DNA of 124,000 bases, taken from assembly GCF_000400465.1 (NCBI RefSeq), contig NW_008806282.1:144001-268000 (forward strand). Reading direction: 5' to 3'. Below the pieces are notes generated by a model that ran no database searches, was not told the origin of the DNA, and was given only the letters and a program-made list of their open reading frames with translations. A program made the translations under genes and the position numbers. Position 1 is the stretch's first letter. Each line of letters starts with the position of its first letter. The DNA comes from Wallemia ichthyophaga EXF-994. Taxonomy: Eukaryota > Fungi > Basidiomycota. Of this stretch, positions 12,688 through 27,300 are shown piece after piece.

Positions 12688-14581
12688 CTAACCATTAATC
12701 TTGGCACTCATCTCAGCCTGTTTGGTGAGAGCAAGCGGACAGTCACCGCGAGGCATCACAACTTCTAATAAAGTGAGTTTGGATGCATTTGCAAAGTTCT
12801 TGTCATTCAAAACCTCATCCAACTCAGCCCTAGTCTTGACTTGGATGCTTTTATGCTCAGCTTGTTTTTGCTTCGAACCAGCTGGTGGCGAGAAGGTCTT
12901 CAACAGCATTTGATGATCAATGTGAGCAATTTCATTGTATGCTGCAGTTTCCCCGTGTATTTTGCGCTCAATTTCATAGCCATCGTTGGATAAGACCACC
13001 AATATTGGCTTAAGTCCAAGCCTTATAATTGTCGCTAACTCTTGAATTGTGAGTTGGAGACTACCATCACCGATAAACAGCACCGTGCGCCTTCCTTGGT
13101 CGCGAGCTGCGATAGCAGCACCTAATGTCCCTGGTAGTGAGTATCCAATCGAGCCCCAAAGCACTTGCGAAATAGCTGTAGCTTTGTCTGGCAAAGTAAC
13201 ATCAAGTATACCAAACGAACTTGTACCAGTTTCTGTGAGAATGACATCTCCAGTGTTGAAGAAATCTCCAAATCTTGGCCAAAACCAGTCATGTGTGATT
13301 GGTGAGTTGAGATTACCCTTGCTTTCTTCAAGAATTTTGACATTCTTCACTTCACGGGCTTTCTTAGCAGCGATAAACTTCTCAGACTTGGTTGGGTCTG
13401 GCTTGGCTATCTTGCGTAGTGCTTCAGCCAGCTTTGGAATGACTACTCTCATAGGAACACCTGGGTATCTAGCATAACCAATTACAGTCTGGTCTGAGTG
13501 TAGCTCTATCGACTTCTTCTCCTTCAAATTCCCACTCCAACTACCTGTATTTCTGTAAGAATCACAATGTAACATAATGATTACCCAACCAACCAGTGTT
13601 AAAGTCTGATGAGAGTGCACCAACGTTGATCACAAGATCACTAGCTTCAGCGAGCTCTTTAGTCTCGACCGGGTTCGAAAGAGCCCCAATGTAAGTACCA
13701 CCGAAATGTGAGTGGGATTCATCAATCGCACCCTTACCCATAGGGGTGTCAAAAAATATCATGTTGCCCTTTTCGACCAGAGCCTGTGCTTGCGCCTCCA
13801 CTCCGTACCTGAGAGCACAAGCGTCGACAACAACGGCAGGGTTCTTAGATTCTTTGAACAGCTTAACAATCTCCTCTACAACAGCATCGTATGCCTTTTG
13901 CTTCTCCGACTCGTCAGCGAAAACGGAGGAGTGAGCTTCAACAAGACCTCTGATTTCATGAGCGCTTGGCAAAGGAGTTTTGAGTGGTGCAGCAGGAATC
14001 TGAGACTTGACGAGATCGCTTGGAAGAGTGAGGTAAACAGGTTTGCAATTGGAGATAGCGTGAACGATAAGTCTGTCTATTTCCCCGCCAGCGCCCTCGC
14101 TCGAACTAAGAAGAGCTTGGGCTGACGTAATTTCACGTGCTGTGTTTGCGAAAGCCGAGTACGAGGAATCGGTAGATGCAAGCGTATGATGGAGCACCTT
14201 GCTGCTCTTCATTACAGATGTTGCCGCCACGCCGACAATGTGGAAGATCGGAAGTCGCTCAGCCATACTCCCAGCAACGCCGTTGATTGCGCTAAGCTCA
14301 CCGACACCCTGCGTCGTAATGAGTGTGGCCATATTCTTACACGTTCTCGCATATGCATCACTAGCATATGCAGCATTGAGTTCATTTGTGTTTCCAATCC
14401 AGTTAAGGCGTGGGTGCTCTTCAAAGTAATCAAGAAGTCCCAAGTTGAAGTCACCTGGAACACCAAAAATTGGTTGCTGCCCACCGCCACCGAGTTGGTC
14501 AATACGGGTGACAAGATATTCAGCAATCGTGCATGTGTTAGAAGGTCTATCGACCTGAGGTGTTATGTCTACAGCTGCCAT
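12688..14581 (-). CDS. PDC1: Pyruvate decarboxylase (TPP-dependent)
   Basis: TIAEYL, FGVPGDFNL, NELNAAYASDAYAR, GVGELSAINGVAG, WGSIGYSLP, FIGDGSLQLT, NDGYEIER; one intron near 13560-13610. Confidence 0.95.
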
Positions 14582-14662
14582 TGTACGTGTGTGTTTGTAA
14601 GTGATCGTTTATAACAGCGAACAATCCCGGCGGTGGGAACGAATGATTTGATCCACTGACGA

Positions 14663-14670
14663 TGACGTCA
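14663..14670. promoter_or_regulatory. ATF/CRE palindrome TGACGTCA upstream of PDC
   Basis: Perfect TGACGTCA about 80 bp upstream of the PDC ATG. Confidence 0.45.
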
Positions 14671-14969
14671 ATTTGATAGAACATCCAGAAAGGTGCTTTG
14701 AATCCAAATTCAAGAATCACAGTAATTTGTTTTTATCGACTGAATATTGATTCTTAGACATGCTTGTTTAATTCCGTTATTTATATATTGCATCATTACG
14801 GCACCCGAGACACATGTGTCCGATAACCGACATTTTAACTCGTGAACGAAAAAAGCCAAAGCCCGTTGAATTATAGAAAAATAACTACAAGCGTGTATCT
14901 TAAAACATATTATAAATGGGAGTAGGGTAGAATCAGGGTAGCAAATAAAGGCTAGAAATTGTGATATCG

Positions 14970-17900
14970 CTAAGCTGCATCTTCATCCTCTTCAACGATA
15001 ACGGTATCATCATTTTCCTTATGAGTAGGTTGAGATTGTTCGGTTGTGTTGTTGTTTTCGTTATTGTCAGCATCAGCTTCATCAGCCGCATAGAAAAGCC
15101 AATGGCACTGGTGGTGATTGTGAGATGCGCTCAATACATTCAATCATTTACTCACCTGCAGAATAAATATCTTAACCAAATTCGACACATGTCCAATGTT
15201 GCTCATGCTAGCCATAAAGTTGCCAGGTCCAGCTGGCGGTTTGAGTATGTTTGGACCGAAAACAATCGCGAGATTGTGTGCAAACATCTGGTTCTGATCC
15301 TCGAAGTCAGTGACTCTGAGTGATGGTTAGTTTGTAAAACGATTCAAATATCTCACTCACTTCTCCAGATGCTCTGCAAGTCTTCTCAGCAGTGTGAAAT
15401 GTGTTCTTGGCAAATTCCAAACAAGCTCGCGAATGGCATATAGCCGCTCTTCGTACTCCTCAATCAGCACTGCTTGGATAAAGCTGGGGTACATTGCATA
15501 TGGTACGACTGGTTCGGGCAATTCACGAAGATAAAGCTTAAGGATACCAGTGACTGAGTGTACATCTCTTGCGTCCCCTTCACTCAAGTTGATCGCCGAA
15601 GCATCGCTGTCGAATGCGTCCTTGAGGTTTGTAATCGAGCTAATAGCTCCACTTAATCTGTAAATGCCCGTTTCGAGCAAACCTCTCTTTTCAATCTCAT
15701 TCAAACACTTGTCAATAAGGATCGGAATATCCCCATTTTCGATACCTTCGTCGCCATGCTCTCGTCTCACAACTTCAGATAAATCAACACCAAAGACTGC
15801 TTTTATGTTAGATGGGCGTGGTGCGTTGGTAACTTATACTCACCTGCCTGTGGCTCCCTCTTTCCGGACACAGCTGGGGCTTGAGTTTGCTGTTGAGTTT
15901 GCGCTTGCAAATCGCTAGCCGAAGTTGCATTCGGAGCAATGTAAGTGAGACGCTTTGCGGCTGACGACTGACTCGCTCTTGAAACAACATCAATCCACTC
16001 CTTGACATCAGATGCAGACGTAGCTTGGAAAAGGTAGTTAGCTCCATCCTCAGACACGATTTGGAAAGTGTAACTGCGAGCATTGTTGACAAATTCAGAC
16101 ACTCTGGCAGCATGCAACGTAACGACTAGTGCAGGTTTGTTTGAGGGTTCGAAATCCAACTCAGACAGTCTCTTTCTAGGTGTCTCTGATGGTGTGTGCT
16201 GAGAGGAGCCGAATGCAATTGACAGAGGTCTAAATGGTCTGAGTAACGCCGTCATGCGCTTTCCTTGTCTTGATTTCTTGGCAGTATTTGTACTACCAAC
16301 ACTGGCAGTAGACGTCGATGATGTTGTTCGACTGTGCCTGGATAAAAACGACATAGAGGCAGCTTTCTGTATCTCTGTTTCACGTTTCTCGAGAACAGCC
16401 AAGTCATCTCGTTTTTCACGCCTCATGCGTTCGATAATTGTTGCATCTCTTTTCTCCTTCTCTTGTTGCAGCTTCACTACACCGGCGAAAGCATAAGTAT
16501 GCTCGACATTGAAATCCTTGGTCTGTGCCTCGATAACTTCTCGACTAGCGTCCTCATGCACATGTTTATGGATAGAATGCTCAGAATCCTTTGTCTGTAG
16601 ACGAGGTATCAGTTCATTCGACTGCTTGTCCATTAGTTGCAGAAGGAATGAAATAGATCCTTCATCCTCGCTAGACAGTACGTTCTGTTGACCGAGTTGC
16701 GGGGCGTTGCAACTGAAATTGAAGAGATACCTCCGCTTATCGAAGGAAACGAATTGTCCGATAAGATTCTCATCATCCCTTACGTCCAGTATTACTTCGA
16801 GCATACGCTCCCAGATCCAGCCGAGATCGACAGCGCAAGGCCGCTCACGCTCACGTAGGCTTGATACGCTTTTTCTCCTATCGCTTTCACTGACATCTGG
16901 CGACTTGATGAACGTCTGCAGCGACTGGATATCTGCATTCCTATTGTCAGCCACCTTAGTCCATGTACCGACATGGCTTCTGGATTCAGGCGTCACCAAA
17001 GCAGCCACTAGCGCACCCTCGACCATAGACTTAATAGTAGAGCCGGAAACGTCATTCGCAGACGGTACAATACTCGCCATGCTTGAACTCAATGTCCCAC
17101 CAGTACGCATAGAAATATCCTCGCCATTCAAGCAAGTCATCCTAGATCTGCAAATGGTAATAGCATCCAACATTATCTCTATCCTCTTTGATCGTGCTTC
17201 CAATCCTAAACCAACTTGCGAGATCATGTTTGTTGCCCATTTTCTCACTATCATAGTAGCCTTGTGAGCAGCTCTAACGCTGGCTGGCAATCTCCTAGCG
17301 ATACTGACATCTCCTTCTCCTTTAACGATAGATATGTACGTGTAAATATCCTGTATTGGCAAATTCTCCTGAGATGGATTGTGGTTGATGTCTTGCGATT
17401 TGCTTGCAAACCATCCATCATTCTCATTCACCTGAGTTTCAAACAATTCGGCTGTTGCGACTAAATCCTGCTCAGAAATGTTTCGGAGTATAGCAGAGCC
17501 AATCTGGTCCAAGGCTTCAACAATCTCCTCAGCTGAACTGTTGTCCATATTCTCAACAACAGTGGCAGCTTCAAGGATATCTCTAGTTTTACTCTCCGGA
17601 ACTGCCTTGTCTTCTGGAGCTGGCTCAGATGATTGGTCACCTTCCAGAACTCCTTCTGGCTTGATGTCACTGTTTAGCGACTCGGAGGGACCTTCATTGT
17701 TAGATAATAAATCAGGCCTAAGAGCCTGTCTGACAAAGAAGTCATACAAAGACTGCATTGCGCGCTGTGTAGTTTGCAGCGATGACAGCTGATCTTCGCT
17801 GACGTGGCGTTCTTGAGTCAATGTTTGTGCACCTTTCAAGAAGGTGTAGAGCCCAGAAAACAAAGCTTGCTCATCGAGAGCATCTTGCAGACCACCACCG

Positions 17901-20900
17901 AATTCTAACCAGAATCTCAGCGCATCAATAACACCAACACGCACTCTTGTTACTTGCTCCCACTCGATTTCATCGACTGGTATTCGTTCAGACTTCCAGG
18001 TTGGGAAGTGAACCTCTGAAGCGACCAGTGATAATTCCGGCGAGACGTTTGGAGCACATTCAAAGCGCTTTTGAAGCGTCTGACGGGTGTTAGAAGGCTT
18101 TACTTGAATATTGTAACAACGCACCTCAAAGAGTTTTAACGGAAGACAGATACTTCTGAAAGTAGCGAAGAACACATCGGCGTACTCAGTCAAGTCCATA
18201 GCAAACTTGATCTTCCCTTTACCAGCGGAAGACACCTCCAGACCACCGCCCATATCGTCAGCAGAAGTTCTTTGTACACCTAAATGATCAATGCCTAGAA
18301 TAAGCACGTCGATCAGCCTATCCAGGTTTCCACTCTTGACATGCACTCTCAAATACGCTTCATTCGAGTGATTGCTGCTGAAGTTACTGTAGTTGGAGTA
18401 CCGCTGCGAAGGCGTACCGATGAGACTTTGGCGCCTCACGGATGCAGCACGACCCAATGCACCAGTCGTACCGGTGGTGGTGCAGAAGTTAGACACGCTA
18501 GCATGTCGCGAAGTAGCCCGTGACTCTATCAAAGAAGTGGGTCTGGATCCCTCCTCACCCACTCTAGCAGATGAAGGTAACACCGGACTGTCGAGTTTAG
18601 TTTGACCACTTGCCGATGTAGCGACCGACAGTCTATGAGACACACTGAAACGCTTGACAAAAAATGACTCATTAGGGAGGGCTTTGATCACCAATTCTCC
18701 ATCACACAAGTTAAATAACGTCTCTGCGCCACCAGCTGCCATCTCCTTCATCGTCCTTTGAAATGCCAGACGACGGTTCTGAGGCTCGTGTATATTCTTG
18801 GCTGCCTTTTCTATAGCTAGAACTGGCGATTGTCCGTCTTCGTTTTTGATAGCGCGGCGTGAAGGCTTGCGTTTGAGATCCATATCGAAACTCCTTCTGC
18901 GCAGCTGAAGTGAATGCGTGCGCACAAGTTGACGAGCTTGTGGTGTAGGTGTTGGGAGAGTTGTTTGCGCTGACTTTGTTGAATCCGTGCTGTCAAGTCT
19001 CGACATTTTCGGTTTGGAAGGTTGAGCATAAAGTTTCTCGTTAGCTTCTGCCGCAATGCTCTCTGCATCACTGAAGGTAACATATGACAACGTTGGTGGG
19101 AATGTCAGGGGCGTAAGTGGATGTACGAGTAGTTGAGTAGGTGGTTTGTAGTCGGTTGCAAGGGCTGGAGACGCGCTTGCAATGGAATCTTCTGTCTTGT
19201 GAGTCTTGCGCTCAGCAGGTGCGTTCAGCAATCTACTTTCACAACTGAGAGAGTTGCCAATATAGAGAGATATTCTATGAATTGATTAGAGTTTATAAAT
19301 TGAGCAGATTCAACTCACTGAGGCAGTTGTGGTATCGGTATTAAAGACAAATACTGCCACAGCGCACCAAACTCGACCAACAAAGCTGCACATCTAGATG
19401 TCAAAACTTTGTCATCGTCCTCCTCACGTCCACCAACAGTATGATTATCATCATCATCATTAGTCGCAGTACCAACTGTGTCACGACTACTCTTATGATT
19501 CAAATCTATTTTGACATTCTGACCCAAGTAAGACTCTTCGAACAACGCAAACGCTTCATAAAGTCTCCTACGCGATCTGTATAATGGAGCAAGCTGAATC
19601 TCATCGGTGCTGTGAGCATCTAGCGTCGGCTTCACGTCATCCAGTAGTGTTCCAAGGTATGGTATAGCAGCTGAGGTGACGTGAATTGAAGAATTTGCTG
19701 CTGGTCTAACTTTACTCTTGGGTGGTATTGTGTAGTTTGGAATTGATGTCGCCGGTTTGACCTTTGCTTCAGTGGTAATTTCAGCCTCATCAACAACTCC
19801 CAAATCAGCCAGCGTTGCTGCCCATCTTGACACCGTGTTACGTTCATCACGACCAATGCGCTTCCATGTCCTTGAAAGTCGTGATACAGCGCGGGAGCAA
19901 AGACCCAACGCAACAGCAGCCCATCCTGCAGCATCGCCAAGTCGCTCAAGTGACATACCGACTCTGATCCAATGCACGATCAAAGTTGCACGCAAAGCGG
20001 TGGGCGAAGACGTCGTAGCAGCGACTAGAGATCTCAACTGACCAAGTGAGCTAATTCCCTCTAAATTAAGTGGTTGTCTTGATAGAATAAGAACATGGTG
20101 CAATATCAATCTAGTCAGGAAATGAGGCTTGGCGGGAGAAAATGACAAGAGCAATAACGGATTGGCATCATCAGCTTGCTGACAAATTCTCAAAAACATT
20201 TCTTGTCTGACCCTCAAATCCTCACCATCGTGCTTGTCAAGGTATTCACCAAGTCCGTTTATGCGTTCAACGTGATAGGAGTGTACTTGACGACCAATCT
20301 CCCGCGGCTCTAACACCAGAAATAGAGCTGGTGTCAAACCAGCATTTGCAAGGTGCTTCGAAACTTCTGATCGCAGGACCTGCGGCGACGAAGAATCACT
20401 CCGTAGCTTACTTTGGTAGTCTTCAGGTGCGAAGGGAGAAGGTATATCACGAGGATTGAAGAGGTTTGCATGAATTGTTTTGACTAAATCTTCGTGTTCC
20501 TGCGTCGATGGCCTAGGCTTTATGGCTTCGACAAGATTAATGAGTATTCTCTTTCCTTGGTCATCGAGCTGCAAACGCTGAATTGCGACGAGATATCTTA
20601 TGATGAAAGGTAGGATGACATGCTGAATGTATTCTGCGTTTGGAGCTTCTTGCAACGCGGTATTTGAACACTTCTGGACTTCACTGAAGAACCTTGTTGG
20701 TGTAAAGTGCTTTTCGAGTACCGCAGAGTAGTTGAAAATGACGCTCTCGACGTATTCATATTGTTGATCTGAGGTATGTTAGGATTGAAATGGAGACATT
20801 AAGAACTCACCATTATTAGAAGACTGTGTAGCGAAGATCATTTCATGAACAATTGCACCCGGACTACCACCGATAACTCTTTCGTCAGACGCGCTCTCAT

Positions 20901-21912
20901 TAATGACGAGACCGGGATGCTTATCTTTACCGTAATACGCGCGTGATCTTTGAACAGGGTTCTGCTGCTGGATAGGAGCACTAGGTATAAGTCTCTGAGG
21001 AAAAAAGTCCTTAATGGCGTTAGCCTTCTCGGACGAAGGTATCTTGTATAAAAATAGCTTGTTGTTCCTTAATGTGACTTTGAAGGGTTTCCAGTTACGA
21101 GAGAGTTCGCCTTGTGTTTTTCGTGAGGGCATGTAATCAATCTTTCTTTGGAGGAAGCCGGACCTAAGAGTGATCTGCGAAGACCTTTTATCGGTGCGCT
21201 GTTCTTGAGACCAGAAATCGTGATCACGACCCGGGGTTGGAGAAGGCGGGTCATCACGGCCGACATCCAGATCAAAAACGTGATTTGAAGTGTTCGTAGG
21301 TGAGACAGCTGTGTTAGTTTCGTCATCAGACCGGGCTTTAGCTGTGGGGTGAAGCGTTGGGTGGGAAGAAGTGGGAGTGAGGAGCGCTTCATGCTCTGGT
21401 GTGGGTGAGCCCCCCTTTGGAGACTCAAGGCTGGAGGAAGAAGATTGGGCTATGGAAGCGAGTGGAGTTGGATTGCCAAAGAGAATAGAATGAGCAGCAA
21501 GTGAAGATTTCCTCTGCGGTCTCTGATTGAAGTCAGGGGTCATGAGAGATGCTTGCTGCTGCTGGGACTGCTGGGACTGCTGGGCTTGCTCTTCAATCGG
21601 GTAGACAGCCATCGGGAGAGATATCTTGCGCGTACGGAGAGATGATTCAGCGGGATCTTTCCTGGGCTGAACGTGTATCTGGTCGTTGAAGCTGCCCAAG
21701 TCATCGACTGACTTTGAGTGCTTTTGTTCTGTGCTCGTGTATGGCTGGTTGAAATGAAGTGAATTGGATTGCTGCAAAGATTTTTTGCTATTCGACGGCT
21801 GCAATCTCTTCAAGTAGTTTACAAAGTTTGGCCTTGACTCGTCATCCTTTTTGAATCGTCTCATCGTCGTGGGGCACAACGAGTCGCGTCGAATGGACGT
21901 GCTCACGTCCAT
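14970..21912 (-). CDS. Large Bem2-like protein: PH, RasGEF-like, PH and C-terminal RhoGAP domains
   Basis: PH (GFLQRK..WKPFKVTLRNNKLFLYK), RasGEF-like (WIRVGMSLERLGDAAGW; IPYLG), second PH (YTFQIVSEDGANYLFQA..EWI), RhoGAP (CLNEIEKRGLLETGIYRLSG, LKLYLRELPEP, NQMFAHNLAIVFGPN); several introns. Confidence 0.85.
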
Positions 21913-22304
21913 TTCTGCTCGAAAATAAATAAACTTACACTTGTGAGTCGTGGAACAGCGTATTTTGCTGTATTCCCTATATTATCCACAGTTTTACCTT
22001 TCAATTTATGTTTCTGGTATGTGTGACAGCGGTGACGATTTACGGCAAGTACGACAGCTGCGATCGATGATCTAGAGCGTTTCCATGGATTATATTCTAA
22101 AATACACCCACTCCGATACATTTTTTTGCAAATTTTGGCACGCGATCTTTATCAGATCTCAGTGTGCCTCCTTTCAACCTCGGCGAAGAATTGAGTAATT
22201 TGAGTAAATTGCAAAATTACGGAGCTTGCGATAAGACGAGTACGTCATCTTCACGATAACAAGAATATGCTGATCGCCCCTCAAACTCACTCAGTCATCA
22301 CACA

Positions 22305-24305
22305 ATGAAACGCTACTTGAGCTCGTCGACGAGGCTAGCCAAATCTGACCCTGGAAACCATCAGCGAGTGAGTGCACCTACTACGTCTTCCCCAGCTACC
22401 TCATCTAATTCCACTTCTTCAGGACCTTATCTTATCCGTACTCAACGCCAGGCCGTCTGCCAGGGACTCCAAATCCTACTTGGCATCTTTCAGAAAACCA
22501 CAAAAGCCTGCATTCGACGTAAATCACAGCCTTCCTCTCAAGACCTCCGACATTGATCCCACCACGCCTTTATCTACCACGACCACTGCGCCCGATGACG
22601 AGATACTCGACCCTATAAACCCTCGAGCAGGGCTCGTAAAGCTCCAGGGTCCTTTCACCGATCGCCAGCTCGACTCTATAGGCGTCGGGATGAACAACCT
22701 TCGCGAAATGGGTCTTGTCAGCGTCGTCGTTGTCGATTCCGAGCTGTGGTCCGTCGAGCGACTGAAGCGAGCCAAGAACAACGGCAGCCACGCCGTCTCA
22801 CAGCTCATACACTCAATTCGCGACGAGGTTATTAGAGTTACAGAGACATTAATCGAAGAGGGCAGCGAAGCGATACCTATCCTACACCCAATAGCGCATC
22901 TCGATAAACGCTCCAAGTGTCTCCCTCAATGGGCTACATCACAGCAACATAGAAGAGCCAGACATGCACCTGAGACATGCCATATCAACCTCGCAGACCT
23001 GGCCCAAATCCGCAAAGCTATCAAGAAACGCATAACACCTGTAATACCGTCGTTTGCATTTAACGACGACCTCAGGACAATACCTGTGCATGCTGACGAG
23101 ATACTGGTCGCACTGTCAGAATCGCTCGAGGCTGCACAATCTCAAAAGGCAGACGAGCTCAAAAAGCTGACAATGGATATCACACCACTGCGTCTACTGA
23201 TTATAACAAGAACCGGAGGTATTCCTTCACCCGCACGATCAGGTCTGCCGCATTTATCCATAAACTTGTCAAGCGAGCATGAGCATATCGCTTCAACTTT
23301 CGTTTGGGAGTCTTCACACCCATCCGCACTAACAAACCTCTCGCTGGCAAGACGGTGTCTGATGCACATGCCACAGTCATCTACTGCTCTAATTGTCGGA
23401 CACAGATCCGCAATGGACCTCGTAGCCAATCTGATAACTAACAAACCCGCTCACTCTGCCTCCTTGCCACACGAGCTTCTCGTTACTTCCGATAAGATCA
23501 CATCACACACTCCTACATCGGTCAGATTAGGTGCGCCCATACAATGTATTCGCAATTTCGAAGACATCGACCAAGACAAACTAACCCACCTCCTCGAATC
23601 GTCATTCAGGCGAGTTTTAGACAGAGATGCGTTCTTTACTCGTCTTAGGCACTCGCTAGATTTTGTCATTGTTGCTGGTGATTATGGCGGCTGCGCCATT
23701 GTGACGAATGAGGTGGATCGCGATGTCGATGGCAATGGCAATGGCAATGGCGAACGTGATGACTCAAACTCTATCGCATACCTGGACAAATTTGCTGTAC
23801 TCCCATCTATGCAAGGAGACGGTACTGTCGATTTCCTCTGGCTGGCCTTGCGCGATGAAAGCTTCGGACTTGGATTGCTCGATGCTCTCAACACCAACGG
23901 CGGCCTCGAAGGTAAAGGTGTAGGCAAGGACTTGGTTTGGAGATCACGTGGCAACAACCCGATAAATAAGGTGAGTTTGTGGGCGCTCAGCTCAATAACA
24001 TCGACTAAACTCCAACACAGTGGTACTTCGAGAGAGCCACCGGATTTCTGCGGGTCGAGGGCAAGACTGAAGCGGCCAAGAAGGCAGGTGGATGGGTCAT
24101 GTTCTGGGCGGATGCAGAGGATAAACTGGCACGTAAATTGAAAGGTCGCCACGCAACACCTCTCGCACCAACAGGAATCCCACTACCGGGAAGTGAAGGT
24201 CTCAGTAACCCAGACCTTGGCTTGTCACTTATTGAAGACGAGGAGCAAGGACGGCTGCTCATCTATGAAAAAGTTGCATCCAACATACCCTCTAGTTGGA
24301 AGTGA
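22305..24305 (+). CDS. ARG2: Mitochondrial amino-acid N-acetyltransferase (N-acetylglutamate synthase)
   Basis: DLILSVLNARPSARDSKSYL start, TPTSVRLG, NAT domain YLDKFAV..GDGTVDFLW..WRSRGNNPINK|WYFERATG; introns near 22369 and 23971. Confidence 0.88.
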
Positions 24306-24366
24306 AAATAAACAGACAAGGATAGATATAGAATTTCTAACGAGTAATATCAATGCATGTATCAAC

Positions 24367-27300
24367 TCACTGGCTGAATATTAAGTTGAGATTAGCTATT
24401 CTCTCCTGTTTGTTTTCTTCTGATGATTTACCACCTAGCGCATTGTCAACGAGCGCAGTCTTGCGTTTCTGTATGTGCATAACGCGATCCTCTATGCTGT
24501 CTTGGATACAGAACCTCACAACGTGTACGTCTTTCTCTTGGCCGATTCTATGTACTCTATCAATAGCCTGCTTTTCGATGGCTTCGTTCCACCAGACGTC
24601 CATCATAAATACGTGGTTAGCGGAAGTAAGGTTGAGTCCCACACCACCAGCTCGCAAGCTGATGAGAAGGACTACACTATTATCACCTCTATCGAGATCA
24701 TTGAGTACTATCTCCCTATTCTTCTGTGACGTCGATCCATCCAGTCTTAAGAAATGAATCTTGTCCTTAATGAGCGAATCGCCAACTAGATCCAAGAAAG
24801 CTGTGAATTGTGAGAAAACGACAGCTTTGAATTTACCCTCCACTTCGCGCAATCGCTGTAAATGTCCAGTGAGAGCACGCAGTTTCGCTGAGGATTGAAA
24901 ATTGTGCGCCTTTCGCAACTTCACCACTTGGTCATTCTGGGATGTCGGTTCACCGTACACGACCTCAAGTAGTTGATCTGTGCGTATTGGGCCATTGCGG
25001 CAGACTGGACACGAAGTCATCTCCCCCTTGTCTTCTAATCTATCGAAGTATCCTAGAACGCATTGCTTGCAGCTGATGGGAGGTGGGTAAGAGGAGTCTA
25101 GGGTGCAATGTTATTCTCACCTCTTGTGCATACACGGAAGCAGAACAGGGATAGACATGTTCTCAAAACATATCTAAGACGTGTTAGTTTGTATAGCAAA
25201 TACAGTGTATACCCACAGGACACTCATTGTCCTCTTCACTCATGTCAGTCTGCTCATGAACTCCGTTCGCGAGTTCACTGAGTACCTGCTTGGCGTAATT
25301 GGAATCACCACCTGCGGCAAATTTTGCAATCATAGACTGTATGTCAATACCTGCAACACCACCATCATCGTCCTCCACTTCATCGCTCTCTGTGTCCTTC
25401 TTATTACCTCCGGATGTGACAAGAAACGGATGGAGAGCAGCTTGGCGAAGTCTGAGGAGCATTGCGAATATGTTACTGTAGCTTTTGAGCAACATCCCTT
25501 TATGACTCAAAGCATCGAACTTCCTCTTCGCTTTTTTAAAGATAGCGTTGTATATCTGTCTCTCCTCCGGGGAGAAATCGAGTTTCTCAACATTGACAAT
25601 CTTCTTGGGGAGTGTGACGATAGGTTTCCCATCGCTATCTCGCATGTTCTTCTCTCTCCGGAGCAGACAAGATGACATTATGACCTGGATCAGTTCTATA
25701 GCCTTGGGATCTTGGCTTGCAAATGGTGCGGTAATGAAACTCTTGAAGAAGGTGAAATCGGACCAAGGTTCAACTTTAAGGAATTTGAGCAGCGAGTAAA
25801 GGTCTTCGAGGCGATTGACAATCGGTGTGCCTGTGAGAGCCCATCTTCTGTAAGCAGCGATTTCGAATGCCGCCTTGGCATTGAGCGTCGATCTGTTTTT
25901 GATGTGGTGTGCCTCGTCAATTACAACTCTGTGCCAATAATAATCGAGAATCGTCGGTACGGTGACAGCCTCGTTGGAAGACTTTACGAATGTCTGGTAG
26001 TCGCTTATGAGAACACCATAGCTTGTTATTACGACATTGAAACAATTCGAGTAATCTATAACATTGCCATTCTCATCTTCAACTTTTGTGCGCTTTCTCA
26101 GTTGATTCTCAAGATTGCCTCGATTTTCGCCGTAGTATACAATGGTGCGAACAGAGCCTTTCGCAGAGCACCGCTCAATCTCGTCTCGCCACTGACCGAG
26201 CAGGGACATAGGAACGATGACGAGAGTAGTGTCATTGAGCGCCTTGAAACCCCCCGGCTGTCTGGATTGTGAGGGATTTTTAGCAGACGTAGATGTATTC
26301 TGCTTCCGTTTCTTCTTTGGCTTGCCATCTTCAGTGTCTCGGATTTCCTGGCTCTGACTGAGCTGATAATCGTTATCTGAATCGCTCTGATCGATCTTTA
26401 TAGGAGCAGATTTAGATTGTTTGCTCCCAACTGCGTCAATTCTCTGCTGCTTTCCTGGCTTGACTGTATTGATTTGTTTTTGGTGCCAAGACAAGTCTGA
26501 GTTTTTGTGGTGATGGAGAAGCGCTGCAATCATAATAGTCTTCCCCATACCCATTTCATCGCCCTGTATGCCACCTCTCAGAGTCTTGTTGGCAGATGGG
26601 AAAGTATCTGACAGCTCGCTCGAGTATGGATTGAAGTAAAAATACTCGGCATGAGTCGTGCTCTGCGGATGATCTCTGAATCGGTATCTAGAGAATTGGT
26701 TTACATGTCGCTATTACTTGCGAGAAAGTACTCACTTTTCCCAAAGAGGATGCATCGCTTGAGGATGTGGATCACACGACCGGCTTCTCCCGTTTTTCCC
26801 AATCTCCTCGCTTTCTCCACTCTCCATTGACGACATCCAGCTGAGCGCTTCCTTTTGGTAGTTGCGCAGTGTCAGATTGAAGCTGTCAGCGGCATCAATA
26901 GGCATCAAGTTCCTGCTAGTACCTCCAGCGCGGCTATAGACAGCTCGCAGCTGCTCGTCATCGACTTTGTCAGGGGTTTGAGAGCGATCGTGAGCGTTAT
27001 CGTGAGCTTGATCATGCTCATCGTCGCTGCTATCAATGTTGATAACGGACTTGTCCATCACATGCGTAGTTTTGGTGTTGTTTTTGACGGTGTTATCAGT
27101 GTCGGTGTCAGTGTTCGCAGTGTTCACGGTGTCAACGGAGTGTATCTGTGAAGCAGCTTGCTTGAAGTGGTCAATCTGGGATATGCCATTAAGGGCGCCT
27201 TTGCGACGATGCTGTTGGGTGACACTGCTGCTTTCAATCGGGCTCAAGCTGGTATGGTGGAACACTTTCATCAGAGCCTCCTGCCGTCCAGCAAGTTCTT